This document shows, piece by piece, positions 1-10,063 of a stretch of DNA of 33,836 bases. The stretch lies in the NCBI GenBank assembly GCA_021199145.1, contig JAJQIP010000149.1, positions 1 to 33,836 on the forward strand, read 5' to 3'. The notes beneath the pieces are model-generated. The model did not search any database and was not told the DNA's origin. It saw nothing but the letters and a program-made list of their open reading frames with translations. Origin of the DNA: Porphyromonadaceae bacterium (lineage in GTDB: Bacteria > Bacteroidota > Bacteroidia > Bacteroidales > UBA11471). A program made the translations under genes and the position numbers. Within the stretch, counting starts at the first letter, position 1. The number at the start of each line of letters is the position of its first letter.

Positions 1-765
1 GTAGGAAGTATAATTCTTGATTTTATGCGAGAAAATAATCTCTCCACTGAGAATGTTCATATTTTTGAGGAAGAGTGTACCCAATCAGCCATTTCTTTGG
101 CTTTTCTGAATGAGCAAAATGACGCCCAATATGCCTTTTACAGTCGATTTCCTGAGAAGAGGCTCAGTTGTGAATGGCCTGTTGTCGAAGCAGATGATCT
201 CCTTATTTTTGGCTCTTTCTATGCCGTGGACCCTCTCTTACGAGACAAAATACGGGAGTTTGTCACTTACGCTAAGGCGCAAAAGGCCATTATTTACTAT
301 GATGTGAATTTCAGAAAGTCACATGCTCATGAGATAGACCAAATTATGCCTGCATTCATCGAAAATATCGGTTATGCGGATATTGTACGAGGGTCGGCCG
401 AGGATTTTGAAATTCTATTGCAGGAGCGTGTTGCAGAAAGAGTTTACCGTGATTATTTTTCGTCCGGTTTACACAATTTTATATATACGGATGGTGGAAA
501 TGGGGTCGATTTTTTCTCCCCTTCGGGATATCACCATATAGATACTCCTTCGATAAAAACGGTCAGTACAATCGGAGCAGGAGACAGTTTCAATGCGGGA
601 ATCCTTTTCGGGTTATGGCAAAAGGATATCAGGAAAGAAGAGATATCGGCTCTTTCGCTTAACGGTTGGGAAGAGATAATAAAATACGGAATCTCTTTTT
701 CTGCAGAGGTTTGTCAATCTTATGACAATTACATATCCCTGGAGTTTGCCGCACAGTATAGATAG
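1..765 (+). CDS. PfkB-family carbohydrate kinase (fructokinase-like), 5' end off-window
   Basis: Frame 1 is open from nt 1 (VGSIILDF precedes the first Met at 25), so the N-terminus lies upstream of the window. It carries the C-terminal GAGDSFNAG signature of ribokinase/PfkB sugar kinases and ends with a TAG stop at 763-765. Confidence 0.8.
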   Translation, partial: VGSIILDFMRENNLSTENVHIFEEECTQSAISLAFLNEQNDAQYAFYSRFPEKRLSCEWPVVEADDLLIFGSFYAVDPLLRDKIREFVTYAKAQKAIIYYDVNFRKSHAHEIDQIMPAFIENIGYADIVRGSAEDFEILLQERVAERVYRDYFSSGLHNFIYTDGGNGVDFFSPSGYHHIDTPSIKTVSTIGAGDSFNAGILFGLWQKDIRKEEISALSLNGWEEIIKYGISFSAEVCQSYDNYISLEFAAQYR

Positions 766-821
766 GGAACCGCCTTTTGAAAGTTTTTCTATCGGATAAG
801 CTAAATGCCAAATTAATCATT

Positions 822-829
822 TATCTTTG
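822..829 (+). promoter_or_regulatory. Bacteroidetes-type -7 promoter box TATCTTTG (TAnnTTTG) upstream of the helicase gene
   Basis: Exact match to the TAnnTTTG consensus of Bacteroides primary-sigma promoters. It lies ~95 nt upstream of ATG 926 in an intergenic region. Confidence 0.5.
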
Positions 830-925
830 CCCGCAAATTTTTGTTTTCGGCGGTTACTCCTTGATTTTTTACCTCAATCAGTCGTTTGTCGAGACACGTA
901 GATAATCCATTAATACAGAAATATT

Positions 926-2707
926 ATGAAGACTTTCGAAGAGTTAGGCGTATGTCCCGAAATTCTCAAAGCCATTACTGAACTTGGGTATGCACAACCT
1001 ATGCCTGTACAGGAAGAGGTAATTCCCCTGTTGCTTCACGAAAAGACAGATATAGTCGCCCTTGCTCAAACGGGAACCGGGAAAACGGCCGCTTTTGGAA
1101 TTCCAGTCATACAGAAAACGGACCTCTCTTCCAATTGTACTCAGACACTTATCCTTAGTCCTACACGGGAATTGTGCTTGCAAATAGCTGGTGATATCAA
1201 CGATTATTCCGCTTATGTGGACCAGTTGAAGGTGCTTCCCGTATATGGGGGATCGAGTATTGAGAGCCAGATACGTGCCTTAAAAAAGGGGGTACACATC
1301 ATCGTGGCGACCCCTGGACGTCTCATCGATTTGATTAATCGGCATATGGTCCAATTGGATAATGTCCATACCGTGATTATGGATGAGGCTGATGAGATGT
1401 TGGATATGGGATTTACAGACAGCATCAACGAGATTCTTTCGAAAGTTCCCGAAGAACGGAATATGTTGCTCTTTTCGGCAACCATGCCCGCCGATATTTC
1501 CCGTATTGCCCAAAAGTATATGCATTCACCGAGGGAAATTGTTATCGGGACGAAGAATGAAGGAGCCAAGAATGTGAAGCATGTTTATTATTTAGTGCAT
1601 GCTAAAGACAAATATTCTGCTTTGAAGCGCATTGCCGACTACTACCCCAACATATATGGAATCATTTTCTGCCGTACTCGTCTGGAAACGCAGGAAATTG
1701 CTGATGCCTTGATTAAGGATGGATATAACGCTGATTCCTTGCATGGAGACCTTTCGCAACAACAGCGGGATGCGGTCATGCAAAAATTCCGTCTACGTAA
1801 TCTGCAATTGTTGGTAGCCACTGATGTCGCTGCCAGAGGACTTGATGTGGATGACCTTACGCATGTTATCAATTACGGATTGCCGGAAGATTTAGAGACA
1901 TATACCCACCGAAGTGGCCGTACGGGTCGTGCTGGGAAGACGGGAACGTCAATTGCCATTATCCATATCAAGGAAAAGCGGAGGATGCGTGATATTGAAC
2001 GGATGATTGGTAAGAAGTTTGAAAAGGGGACGATTCCTACGGGAAAGCAGATTTGTGAGAAACAACTTTATAATCTTATCGACCGCATCGAAAAAGTTAA
2101 AGTCAATGAAGATGAAATCGCCGCTTATTTGCCGATCACGTTAAAGAGACTCTCTTGGCTTTCAACTGAAGATTTGGTGAAACGGGTCGTTTCGCTTGAA
2201 TTCAACCGTCTGCTCGATTATTATGCTGATGCTACTGAACTTGATGTTCCTTCTGAAAATGCTTCTTGGGAAAAAGGAGAGAAAGAGGGTACCCGGACAA
2301 GAAGGAGGGAGCATTCATCGGAATTCTCCTCTTTACGGATTAATTTGGGCAAGGCCGACGGGTTTTATCCGAATACTTTGATTGATTTGATAAATAAAAA
2401 TATACCTGGACGGATTGTTATCGGAAAGATAGATATTTTCCCTGAATCTTCTCGATTTGAAGTTGAAGAGACAGAATCCCACCGTGTCATAGCGATGCTC
2501 CGGAATCTCAATTTTTTCGGGAAGCAGATACAGGTCGGACCAGACGAAGGAAGAGGGAGAAATACACATTTTGAGGGCGAAAAACGGCAGAATCGTCATC
2601 AAAGAGAGGAATACAATTCCTCGAAGCCAAGGTATAAGGAGTACTCGTTTGACGAACGAAAGAGAAAAGGCAAAGGAGGCTCTGGAAGGAAACCGTATAA
2701 AAACTAG
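926..2707 (+). CDS. deaD: DEAD-box ATP-dependent RNA helicase with DbpA-like C-terminal RNA-binding domain and basic tail
   Basis: Helicase motifs are present: AQTGTGKTAAF (I), PTRELC (Ia), DEAD (II, in MDEADEML), SAT (III) and HRSGRTGRAG (VI). The C-terminal region has a DbpA-like segment (LRINLGKADG...GKIDIF) followed by an R/K/E-rich tail. Confidence 0.92.
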   Translation: MKTFEELGVCPEILKAITELGYAQPMPVQEEVIPLLLHEKTDIVALAQTGTGKTAAFGIPVIQKTDLSSNCTQTLILSPTRELCLQIAGDINDYSAYVDQLKVLPVYGGSSIESQIRALKKGVHIIVATPGRLIDLINRHMVQLDNVHTVIMDEADEMLDMGFTDSINEILSKVPEERNMLLFSATMPADISRIAQKYMHSPREIVIGTKNEGAKNVKHVYYLVHAKDKYSALKRIADYYPNIYGIIFCRTRLETQEIADALIKDGYNADSLHGDLSQQQRDAVMQKFRLRNLQLLVATDVAARGLDVDDLTHVINYGLPEDLETYTHRSGRTGRAGKTGTSIAIIHIKEKRRMRDIERMIGKKFEKGTIPTGKQICEKQLYNLIDRIEKVKVNEDEIAAYLPITLKRLSWLSTEDLVKRVVSLEFNRLLDYYADATELDVPSENASWEKGEKEGTRTRRREHSSEFSSLRINLGKADGFYPNTLIDLINKNIPGRIVIGKIDIFPESSRFEVEETESHRVIAMLRNLNFFGKQIQVGPDEGRGRNTHFEGEKRQNRHQREEYNSSKPRYKEYSFDERKRKGKGGSGRKPYKN

Positions 2708-2737
2708 AGGATGCTTGTAACGGCTTGAAATATTTTG

Positions 2738-2745
2738 TACTTTTG
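2738..2745 (+). promoter_or_regulatory. -7 promoter box TACTTTTG upstream of the GH3-family gene
   Basis: Exact TAnnTTTG match located 21 nt upstream of ATG 2766. Confidence 0.5.
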
Positions 2746-2765
2746 TTTCAACTAAATGAAAGTAC

Positions 2766-4274
2766 ATGCGTTTGACTCCGATTTTCAATTTGTATTTTGG
2801 TCACCGGCAACATCTCCATGTGCAATATGCTACGCAGGGGGATGACATACAAAAAGAGCAATTGCGCTATTTGTTGGAGACAGCACAAAATACGGAAATT
2901 GGGAGACTTTATGGCTTTCATGAGATAAAAACCTACGATGATTTTACCAATCGGGTACCTGTTATTGATTATGAAGGATTGAAACCCTATGTAGACCGTA
3001 TGCTACGGGGTGAAAACAGACTGATATGGCCCTCGAAAATAAAATGGTTTGCCAAATCTTCCGGGACAACTAACGACAAGAGCAAGTTTATCCCCGTTAG
3101 TGATGAATGTTTGAAGAAGTGTCATTACCAAGGTGGTTTTGATGTTGTAGCGACCTATTTCCGCAATTATCCGCACAATAAATTTTTTGGAGGGAAAAGT
3201 CTTGTCTTGGGAGGTAGCCATGCCATTAACCCCCTTTCCCGTGGAATTTCCTGCGGCGATTTGTCCGCCATCTTGTTGCAGAATAGCAGTATGTTGGTAA
3301 ATATGCTGCGGGTTCCTCCCTTGAGAATTGCTATCATGGACGAATGGGAGGCGAAGATAAAGGCAATTGTCAAGGATACCATTCATCGCAATGTCGTGAG
3401 TTTGTCGGGTGTCCCGTCGTGGATGATGACGCTTATCAAGCAAATTTTACAGGAAAGCGGTGCACAGAATTTGTGTGAGGTGTGGCCCAATCTTGAGGCC
3501 TTTTTCCATGGGGGAATCAGTTTTGACCCTTATCGGCAATATTACAAGGAATTGATACCTTCGGAAAAGATGCATTATGTCGAGATTTATAATGCTTCAG
3601 AAGGATTTTTCGGAATGCAGGATGATCCGTCCAAATCTGATTTGTTGCTCATGCTCGATTTGGGTGTATTTTTCGAATTCATGCCCTTAAGTGAATTGGA
3701 TAAGGATAATCCGGAATTGCTTCCTTTGTGGGAAATTAAGGCTGGTGAAAATTATGCGTTAGTTCTGTCATCGACCAATGGCCTTTGGCGTTACCTTATA
3801 GGCGACACAGTGAAAATAACCTCGACATCGCCGGTGAAATTTACGATTTCCGGTCGGACGAAGCACTTTATCAACGCTTTTGGAGAGGAGTTGATGGTTG
3901 CGAATGCTGAGAAGGGAATTTCTAAGGCATGTGAAGCGACGGGGAGTGAAGTTATCAATTATAGTGTCGCTCCTATTTTCATGTCGGACAAACGACGTGG
4001 ATGCCACCAATGGCTTATTGAATTCGAAAAAATGCCGGCTAATCTCGATGTTTTTGCGGACATTCTTGATAAAGCTTTACAGGAGGTCAATTCGGATTAT
4101 GAGGCGAAACGCTATAAGGGGATTTTCCTCGACCGTCTTGAGGTTATTGTGGCAAAACCCCATCTTTTCGATGATTGGTTACGTGAAAAGGGGAAATTGG
4201 GTGGTCAACACAAGATTCCCCGTTTGAGTAACGACCGTATTCTCATGGAAGAATTGTTGAAAATGAATAAATAA
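2766..4274 (+). CDS. GH3 (auxin-responsive-promoter-like) family adenylate-forming protein
   Basis: 502-aa ORF. The FAKSSGTTNDKSKFIPVS nucleotide-binding signature and overall architecture match the bacterial GH3 family (PF03321) as annotated across Bacteroidota. Confidence 0.85.
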   Translation: MRLTPIFNLYFGHRQHLHVQYATQGDDIQKEQLRYLLETAQNTEIGRLYGFHEIKTYDDFTNRVPVIDYEGLKPYVDRMLRGENRLIWPSKIKWFAKSSGTTNDKSKFIPVSDECLKKCHYQGGFDVVATYFRNYPHNKFFGGKSLVLGGSHAINPLSRGISCGDLSAILLQNSSMLVNMLRVPPLRIAIMDEWEAKIKAIVKDTIHRNVVSLSGVPSWMMTLIKQILQESGAQNLCEVWPNLEAFFHGGISFDPYRQYYKELIPSEKMHYVEIYNASEGFFGMQDDPSKSDLLLMLDLGVFFEFMPLSELDKDNPELLPLWEIKAGENYALVLSSTNGLWRYLIGDTVKITSTSPVKFTISGRTKHFINAFGEELMVANAEKGISKACEATGSEVINYSVAPIFMSDKRRGCHQWLIEFEKMPANLDVFADILDKALQEVNSDYEAKRYKGIFLDRLEVIVAKPHLFDDWLREKGKLGGQHKIPRLSNDRILMEELLKMNK

Positions 4275-4293
4275 TTAACCATCACCTTTTCTT

Positions 4294-6333
4294 ATGGAAA
4301 AAAAATTCAAACGGATACTTGTCACGACGGCTCTTCCTTATGCGAATGGACCCGTGCATATTGGACATTTGGCAGGGGTATATGTGCCTGCCGATATTTA
4401 TACCCGTTATCAACGTCTCAAGGGGCGTGATGTCATCTTTATCGGAGGTTCGGACGAACATGGTGTGCCCATTACTTTGAAAGCCAGAAAAGAGGGAGTC
4501 TCTCCACAAGATATTGTCGACCGCTATCATGCGCTTATCAAGGACTCCTTTGAGGAATTTGGCATCTCGTTCGATATATATTCCCGTACGACCTCTAAAA
4601 TACATGAGGAGTTGGCCTCGAATTTCTTTCGCACGCTTTATGACAAGGGCGTGTTTATCGAGAAAGAGAGTGAACAGTACTATGACGAAGAGGCCCAACA
4701 ATTCCTTGCTGACCGTTATATTACCGGCACATGTCCGCACTGTGGCAACGAACATGCTTACGGAGACCAATGTGAAGCATGCGGCATTTCCCTGAATGCT
4801 ACCGATCTTATCAATCCCAAGTCGGCCATTAGCGGTAGTACACCCGTCATGAAAAAGACAAAACACTGGTATTTGCCGCTTGACCGGTATGAAGAATTTT
4901 TGCGTCAATGGATTCTCAAGGAACATACGGAGTGGAAACCGAATGTGTATGGTCAATGTAAATCGTGGCTCGATATGGGGCTGCAACCCCGTGCCGTGAG
5001 TCGTGATCTTGATTGGGGTATTCCTGTCCCTGTTGAGGGGGCCAAAGGAAAAGTCCTCTATGTCTGGTTTGATGCTCCTATCGGTTATATCTCCAATACG
5101 AAAGAATTGTTGCCCGATACATGGGAGCGTTATTGGAAAGACCCCGAGACAAAACTTGTCCACTTCATCGGTAAAGATAATATCGTCTTCCACTGTATTG
5201 TGTTCCCTATCATGTTGAAGGCGGAAGGGAGTTATATCTTACCTGAAAACGTTCCGGCCAATGAGTTTCTCAATCTGGAGGGGAATAAAATATCAACCTC
5301 ACGCAATTGGGCTGTGTGGTTGCACGAATATCTCAAAGAGTTCCCGGGCAAACAGGATGTGTTGCGCTACGCCCTTACGGCGAATGCCCCTGAAACGAAA
5401 GATAACGATTTCACTTGGAAAGACTTTCAAGCACGTAACAACAATGAATTAGTAGCGATTCTTGGCAATTTCATCAACCGTTCCTTGGTGCTTACCCATA
5501 AATATTTCGATGGAAAGGTGCCCGTTTGTGGAGAGTTGACGGATTATGATAAAGAGACCTTGCGGGAATTTTCCGATATTAAAACCCGTCTTGAGAATAA
5601 TATCGAGAATTATCGTTTCCGTGATGCCTTGAAAGAGGCGATGAATCTTGCCCGTATCGGGAATAAGTATCTTGCAGATACGGAACCGTGGAAATTAGTG
5701 AAGAAAGATATTTCCCGTGTAGCGACTATTCTTAATTTCGCTTTACAAATTTCAGCGAATTTGGCGATTGCCTTTGAACCGTTCCTTCCTTTTGCGGCTC
5801 AAAAAATACGGAAAATGTTGGGTATGGGTACTCCCGAATGGAATCAGTTGGGAAGGGTTGATATCCTCGCTCCTCATGCGTGTCTGGCCCAGCCTGAACT
5901 TCTTTTTGAGAAAATCGGTGATGACCTTATAGCGGCTCAGATACAAAAATTGAACGATACGAAGGTGGCCAATGAGAAGGCCAATTATACACCAGAACCG
6001 ATTGCGCCGACGATTGAATACGATGACTTTGGAAAACTTGATATTCGGGTGGGGAAAGTTCTGGAATGCAAGAAATTGCCCAAAGCGGATAAATTGTTGC
6101 AATTCAAAATTGACGACGGATTAGGCGGACGTACGATTGTTTCGGGAATTGCCAAACAATATCGACCGGAAGATTTGGTGGGAAAGCAAGTATGTTTTGT
6201 CGCTAATTTGGCCCCTCGCCGTCTGAAGGGAGTTGAATCACAGGGAATGATACTTTCGGCCGAGGATGCCGATGGCCGTGTGGTTGTGATTACCCCTCAA
6301 CAGGATGTTACCCCCGGCTCTTGTGTAAAATAA
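4294..6333 (+). CDS. metG: methionine--tRNA ligase
   Basis: Class I HIGH motif (PVHIGHLAG), a Cys knuckle (CPHCG...CEACG), a KMSKS-like motif (KISTSR) and a C-terminal tRNA-binding (EMAP/Trbp111-like) domain ([11 protein letters not shown]...). Confidence 0.97.
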   Translation: MEKKFKRILVTTALPYANGPVHIGHLAGVYVPADIYTRYQRLKGRDVIFIGGSDEHGVPITLKARKEGVSPQDIVDRYHALIKDSFEEFGISFDIYSRTTSKIHEELASNFFRTLYDKGVFIEKESEQYYDEEAQQFLADRYITGTCPHCGNEHAYGDQCEACGISLNATDLINPKSAISGSTPVMKKTKHWYLPLDRYEEFLRQWILKEHTEWKPNVYGQCKSWLDMGLQPRAVSRDLDWGIPVPVEGAKGKVLYVWFDAPIGYISNTKELLPDTWERYWKDPETKLVHFIGKDNIVFHCIVFPIMLKAEGSYILPENVPANEFLNLEGNKISTSRNWAVWLHEYLKEFPGKQDVLRYALTANAPETKDNDFTWKDFQARNNNELVAILGNFINRSLVLTHKYFDGKVPVCGELTDYDKETLREFSDIKTRLENNIENYRFRDALKEAMNLARIGNKYLADTEPWKLVKKDISRVATILNFALQISANLAIAFEPFLPFAAQKIRKMLGMGTPEWNQLGRVDILAPHACLAQPELLFEKIGDDLIAAQIQKLNDTKVANEKANYTPEPIAPTIEYDDFGKLDIRVGKVLECKKLPKADKLLQFKIDDGLGGRTIVSGIAKQYRPEDLVGKQVCFVANLAPRRLKGVESQGMILSAEDADGRVVVITPQQDVTPGSCVK

Positions 6334-6390
6334 CAGGAGTTATCCATAGCCTCCACGTCCCTTGGGTACTGTTTTACGACTTATCTGTAT

Positions 6391-7140
6391 ATGAAAGCCC
6401 CCACTTTTTCGATTATCACCATTACATTTAATGCGGCATCGACGCTTGAATCGACCTTGCAATCGGTTGCGGCCCAGCAGGAAACCGATTATGAATATCT
6501 TCTTGTCGATGGTGCATCGTCGGATGGAACGGTGGCTTTGGCCCGACAATACGATTGCGTGACCTCTATTGTCAGTGAACCGGACCAGGGACTCTATGAT
6601 GCTATGAATAAGGGAATTCAGAGAGCGAAAGGGGAGTATCTCCTTTTTCTCAATGCTGGGGATTCTTTATATGCTCCGGACACTTTGAAAAACATAAGCG
6701 GTTTTATCGAAAAATATCGGCCTGATATTCTTTATGGTGAGACGGCTATCGTTGATAGTAGTCGTCATTTTGTTAGCATGCGCCGTTTGAAGGCTCCGGA
6801 AAAACTTACCTGGAAAAGTTTCAGAATGGGGATGTTGGTTTGTCATCAAGCGTTTATTGCCCGTAGGGAGTTAGTGCCGATGTACGATCTTTCTTATCGT
6901 TTTTCAGCTGATTTTGATTGGTGCATTCGGTGTTTGAAAAAAGCGCATAGTGTTGTCAATACCCATCTCACACTTGTCAATTATCTCAATGAAGGGGTAA
7001 CCACTCGTCATCGAAATGCCTCTCTCAAAGAGCGTTATCGTATTATGGTCAAGTATTACGGGGTCATTCCCGTTTTATTGTTACACCTTTGGTTTGCCCT
7101 CCGGTATTATGCGGCCCGTCTTCTGGGGCGGCAACTCTAA
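6391..7140 (+). CDS. family 2 glycosyltransferase (GT-A fold)
   Basis: The N-terminus FSIITITFNAASTLESTLQSV...YEYLLVDGASSDGT is typical of GT2 enzymes. 249 aa. Confidence 0.8.
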   Translation: MKAPTFSIITITFNAASTLESTLQSVAAQQETDYEYLLVDGASSDGTVALARQYDCVTSIVSEPDQGLYDAMNKGIQRAKGEYLLFLNAGDSLYAPDTLKNISGFIEKYRPDILYGETAIVDSSRHFVSMRRLKAPEKLTWKSFRMGMLVCHQAFIARRELVPMYDLSYRFSADFDWCIRCLKKAHSVVNTHLTLVNYLNEGVTTRHRNASLKERYRIMVKYYGVIPVLLLHLWFALRYYAARLLGRQL

Positions 7141-7180
7141 GCGATGTTGCGGAACGAGGATAAAATGATTCTTTAGGAAA

Positions 7181-8149
7181 TTATAGTTGGTTGACTTTGT
7201 CAACAGGTCCACCTTCGAAGAAGTTGATGATATTGCGGGAAACATGTGCGGCCATTTCGTGACGTATTTCTACCGTTTGCGTGCCTATGTGGGGAGTCAT
7301 GACCACGTTATCAAGCGAAAGGAGTTCGGGAATAGGGTAATTACAGTTTTCGAAGACATCCAGTCCGGCTGCCCAGATTTCCCCTTGTCGCAATGCTTTG
7401 GCCAAAGCCTCTTCATCGACCAAAGGCCCTCGTGCGGTATTGAGGAGTATAGCGGTTGATTTCATTTTTTTCAAGGCCTGTTCATCGATAATATGATGTG
7501 TCTCCTCGTTATATGGGGCATTGAGCGATACGACATCCGCCGTACGTAACAATTCATCCAAAGACAAGTAGGTCGCTTTGTATTCTTGTTCAACCGACTT
7601 TTCCAGTTGGTGCCGATTGTGGTAGACGATTTTCATGCCTGCAGCCAGTGCCCGACGGGCCAAGGCACGACCGATACGTCCCATTCCGATAATCCCCAAT
7701 GTCGCTCCGTAAATTGAATGTCCGAGATTGGTTAGGAGAGCTACTTTTATAGAGCCTGGAATACGTATGCGTCGGTCAAGTTCGGATATGCGCCGGCTGA
7801 CGGCTAACAGTAATCCCATGGCTTGGTCGGCAGTGGGTTCAGTTACAGGACCTGGCGTATTGGTGACTTGGATTCCCTTGCTCGTAGCATAGGGAATATC
7901 GATGTTGTCGTATCCGACGGCGTAGTTCGATATGATTTTCAGTTTCGACGCGGCATCCATGAGCCTTTTATCCACGGGAAAATCATACATAGATTGTAAG
8001 GCATCGTACTCGGCAATCCTATCGAGTACCTCTTCGTAAGAAAAACTCTCTACTCCGTCGGGAGGGAAGGTCACATCATATTTCCGAATCAATTCGGCAT
8101 ATCCTTCCCGCCACATATTGTAAGTAACCAAGACTTTCTTTTTCTCCAT
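7181..8149 (-). CDS. D-isomer-specific 2-hydroxyacid dehydrogenase (glyoxylate/hydroxypyruvate reductase-like)
   Basis: Rossmann motif GIIGMGRIGRALARRA, followed by the NTARGPLVDE and TPHIG catalytic-region patterns of the family. Confidence 0.88.
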   Translation of the reverse strand: MEKKKVLVTYNMWREGYAELIRKYDVTFPPDGVESFSYEEVLDRIAEYDALQSMYDFPVDKRLMDAASKLKIISNYAVGYDNIDIPYATSKGIQVTNTPGPVTEPTADQAMGLLLAVSRRISELDRRIRIPGSIKVALLTNLGHSIYGATLGIIGMGRIGRALARRALAAGMKIVYHNRHQLEKSVEQEYKATYLSLDELLRTADVVSLNAPYNEETHHIIDEQALKKMKSTAILLNTARGPLVDEEALAKALRQGEIWAAGLDVFENCNYPIPELLSLDNVVMTPHIGTQTVEIRHEMAAHVSRNIINFFEGGPVDKVNQL

Positions 8150-8166
8150 GGATATAGATTTAATTA

Positions 8167-8174
8167 CAAAAATA
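8167..8174 (-). promoter_or_regulatory. -7 promoter box (TATTTTTG on the minus strand) for the dehydrogenase gene
   Basis: The plus strand reads CAAAAATA, which is TAnnTTTG on the minus strand, 18 nt upstream of start codon 8149. Confidence 0.4.
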
Positions 8175-8248
8175 AGAAAATTTTAGCCCGAAAGGAACTG
8201 ATGTTTCATTTTAGCGGTCAGAAACGAAACGGAAATAAGTAAATAGTT

Positions 8249-8256
8249 TACTTTTG
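8249..8256 (+). promoter_or_regulatory. -7 promoter box TACTTTTG for the membrane protein gene
   Basis: Exact TAnnTTTG match located 22 nt upstream of ATG 8278. Confidence 0.5.
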
Positions 8257-8277
8257 TAGAGATTATCGGTTTGCGCA

Positions 8278-9507
8278 ATGATTCTCAACTATATTTGGAT
8301 ATTCTTTTTTGTCGTGGCTTTTGTGGTCGCCGTGGTACAGACCTTTTTAGACCATCTCGGAGTATGGTCTGAAATCATGAATGCAACCTTTTCTTCGGCC
8401 AAGACAGCCTTTGAAATCTCTTTGGGCTTAACCGGTGTCCTCTCTTTGTGGATGGGATTGATGAAAATCGGTGAACGTGGTGGCGTTATTGCCACCTTTT
8501 CCCGTTGGATAAGTCCCCTTTTTGTACGCCTATTTCCTGACCTGCCCAAAAATCATCCAGTTTTCGGTTCTATTTTTATGAACATTTCAGCCAATATGTT
8601 AGGGCTCGATAATGTGGCTACACCGTTGGGATTAAAGGCCATGAAGGAGATGCAGGAACTGAATCCGAAGAAAGACACAGCCAGTAATCCCATGATTATG
8701 TTTTTGGTGTTGAATACCACAGGACTGACACTTGTACCTCTGGGGGTCATGGTATATCGGGCTCAAATGGGAGCGGCAAACCCCTCGGAAATTTTTCTCC
8801 CTATACTTATCGCGACTTATTGCTCAACCCTTGTTGGTCTTATAGCGGTGTGTATAAAACAGCATATTTCTCTTTTCGACCGGGTGATACTTGGCACTAT
8901 CGGAGGGTTGACCCTTTTCATTGGAGGAGTCCTGCTCTTTTTTGCTCGGTTGTCTACCGAACAGGTTTCCCTTTATTCGAGTTTTGCCGCTAATGGATTG
9001 CTATTTACCCTTATTATTGTTTTCCTTTTAGCGGGTATATATCGAAAAATCAATGTCTATGAGGCCTTTATCGAGGGGGCAAAGGAGGGCTTTAAGACAG
9101 CGGTCACCATTATTCCCTATCTTGTTGCCATTCTTGTCGCCATTGCTGTGTTCCGGGCGTCGGAAGCGATGGATTTTCTTATTGCGGGGATTACCCGATG
9201 CGTTGATGCGTTGGGGATCAATTCCGACTTTGTAGGTGCCTTGCCCACGGCTCTCATGAAACCGTTGAGTGGTAGTGGGGCACGAGGAATGATGGTGGAT
9301 GCCATGTCTACTTATGGAGTTGATTCCTTTGTGGGGAAGCTTGCCTCAACCATACAAGGTTCGACAGATACTACATTTTACATTCTTTCCGTTTATTTCG
9401 GTAGTGTGGGAATCCGCAAGACCCGTTACGCTGCAGGATACGGTTTATTAGCCGATTTTGTCGGCATTGTGGCGGCTATCGGTGTTGCCTACCTCTTTTT
9501 CCATTGA
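8278..9507 (+). CDS. nucleoside-recognition (Gate) domain membrane protein, fused SpmA/SpmB-like
   Basis: 409-aa polytopic membrane protein. Its N- and C-halves resemble the SpmA and SpmB nucleoside-recognition domains. Confidence 0.75.
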   Translation: MILNYIWIFFFVVAFVVAVVQTFLDHLGVWSEIMNATFSSAKTAFEISLGLTGVLSLWMGLMKIGERGGVIATFSRWISPLFVRLFPDLPKNHPVFGSIFMNISANMLGLDNVATPLGLKAMKEMQELNPKKDTASNPMIMFLVLNTTGLTLVPLGVMVYRAQMGAANPSEIFLPILIATYCSTLVGLIAVCIKQHISLFDRVILGTIGGLTLFIGGVLLFFARLSTEQVSLYSSFAANGLLFTLIIVFLLAGIYRKINVYEAFIEGAKEGFKTAVTIIPYLVAILVAIAVFRASEAMDFLIAGITRCVDALGINSDFVGALPTALMKPLSGSGARGMMVDAMSTYGVDSFVGKLASTIQGSTDTTFYILSVYFGSVGIRKTRYAAGYGLLADFVGIVAAIGVAYLFFH

Positions 9508-9572
9508 CGAACTATATTATAGTTTGGACGCTATTTTGAGGCTGTGTGACCGTTTATCAAGAGAAAAAACGT

Positions 9573-9580
9573 TATTTTTG
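9573..9580 (+). promoter_or_regulatory. -7 promoter box TATTTTTG upstream of ybeY
   Basis: Exact TAnnTTTG match located 25 nt upstream of ATG 9605. Confidence 0.45.
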
Positions 9581-9604
9581 TGTAGGGTATAAGAAATTTT
9601 GGTT

Positions 9605-10060
9605 ATGGCTATTCGCTATTACACAGAAGATATAAAGCTCCCGTCTCTCCATAAGCGGGAGACCAATGAGTGGATACGTGCCGTGGCAGCTCATTACGAC
9701 AAAGTCTGCGGGGAGATATCTTATATTTTTTGTTCCGATAAAAAAATCCTGGCGGTCAACAAGACCTATTTGCAGCACGACTATTATACTGATGTGATTA
9801 CATTCGATTATACTGAAGGCAATGACATAAGCGGGGATATATTTATCAGCCTGGATACCGTGCAAAGCAATGCCGCTTTATTTGGATCGACCTTCGGAGA
9901 GGAGTTGTATCGTGTCCTTATACATGGGGTGTTGCATCTTTGTGGAATTGATGACAAGGCTTCGGGTGAACGGGAGGCCATGACCGTGAAGGAGAATGAG
10001 GCGCTGGCTCTTTTGCCGGAAAAGTTGAGAATTTCGGTACGACAATTGCGTGGAAAATAG
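9605..10060 (+). CDS. ybeY: rRNA maturation endoribonuclease YbeY
   Basis: Zinc-binding motif HGVLHLCGIDD. I prefer ATG 9605 (MAIRYYTEDIK...) over the TTG at 9599 used by the ORF track. Confidence 0.92.
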   Translation: MAIRYYTEDIKLPSLHKRETNEWIRAVAAHYDKVCGEISYIFCSDKKILAVNKTYLQHDYYTDVITFDYTEGNDISGDIFISLDTVQSNAALFGSTFGEELYRVLIHGVLHLCGIDDKASGEREAMTVKENEALALLPEKLRISVRQLRGK

Positions 10061-10063
10061 ACG

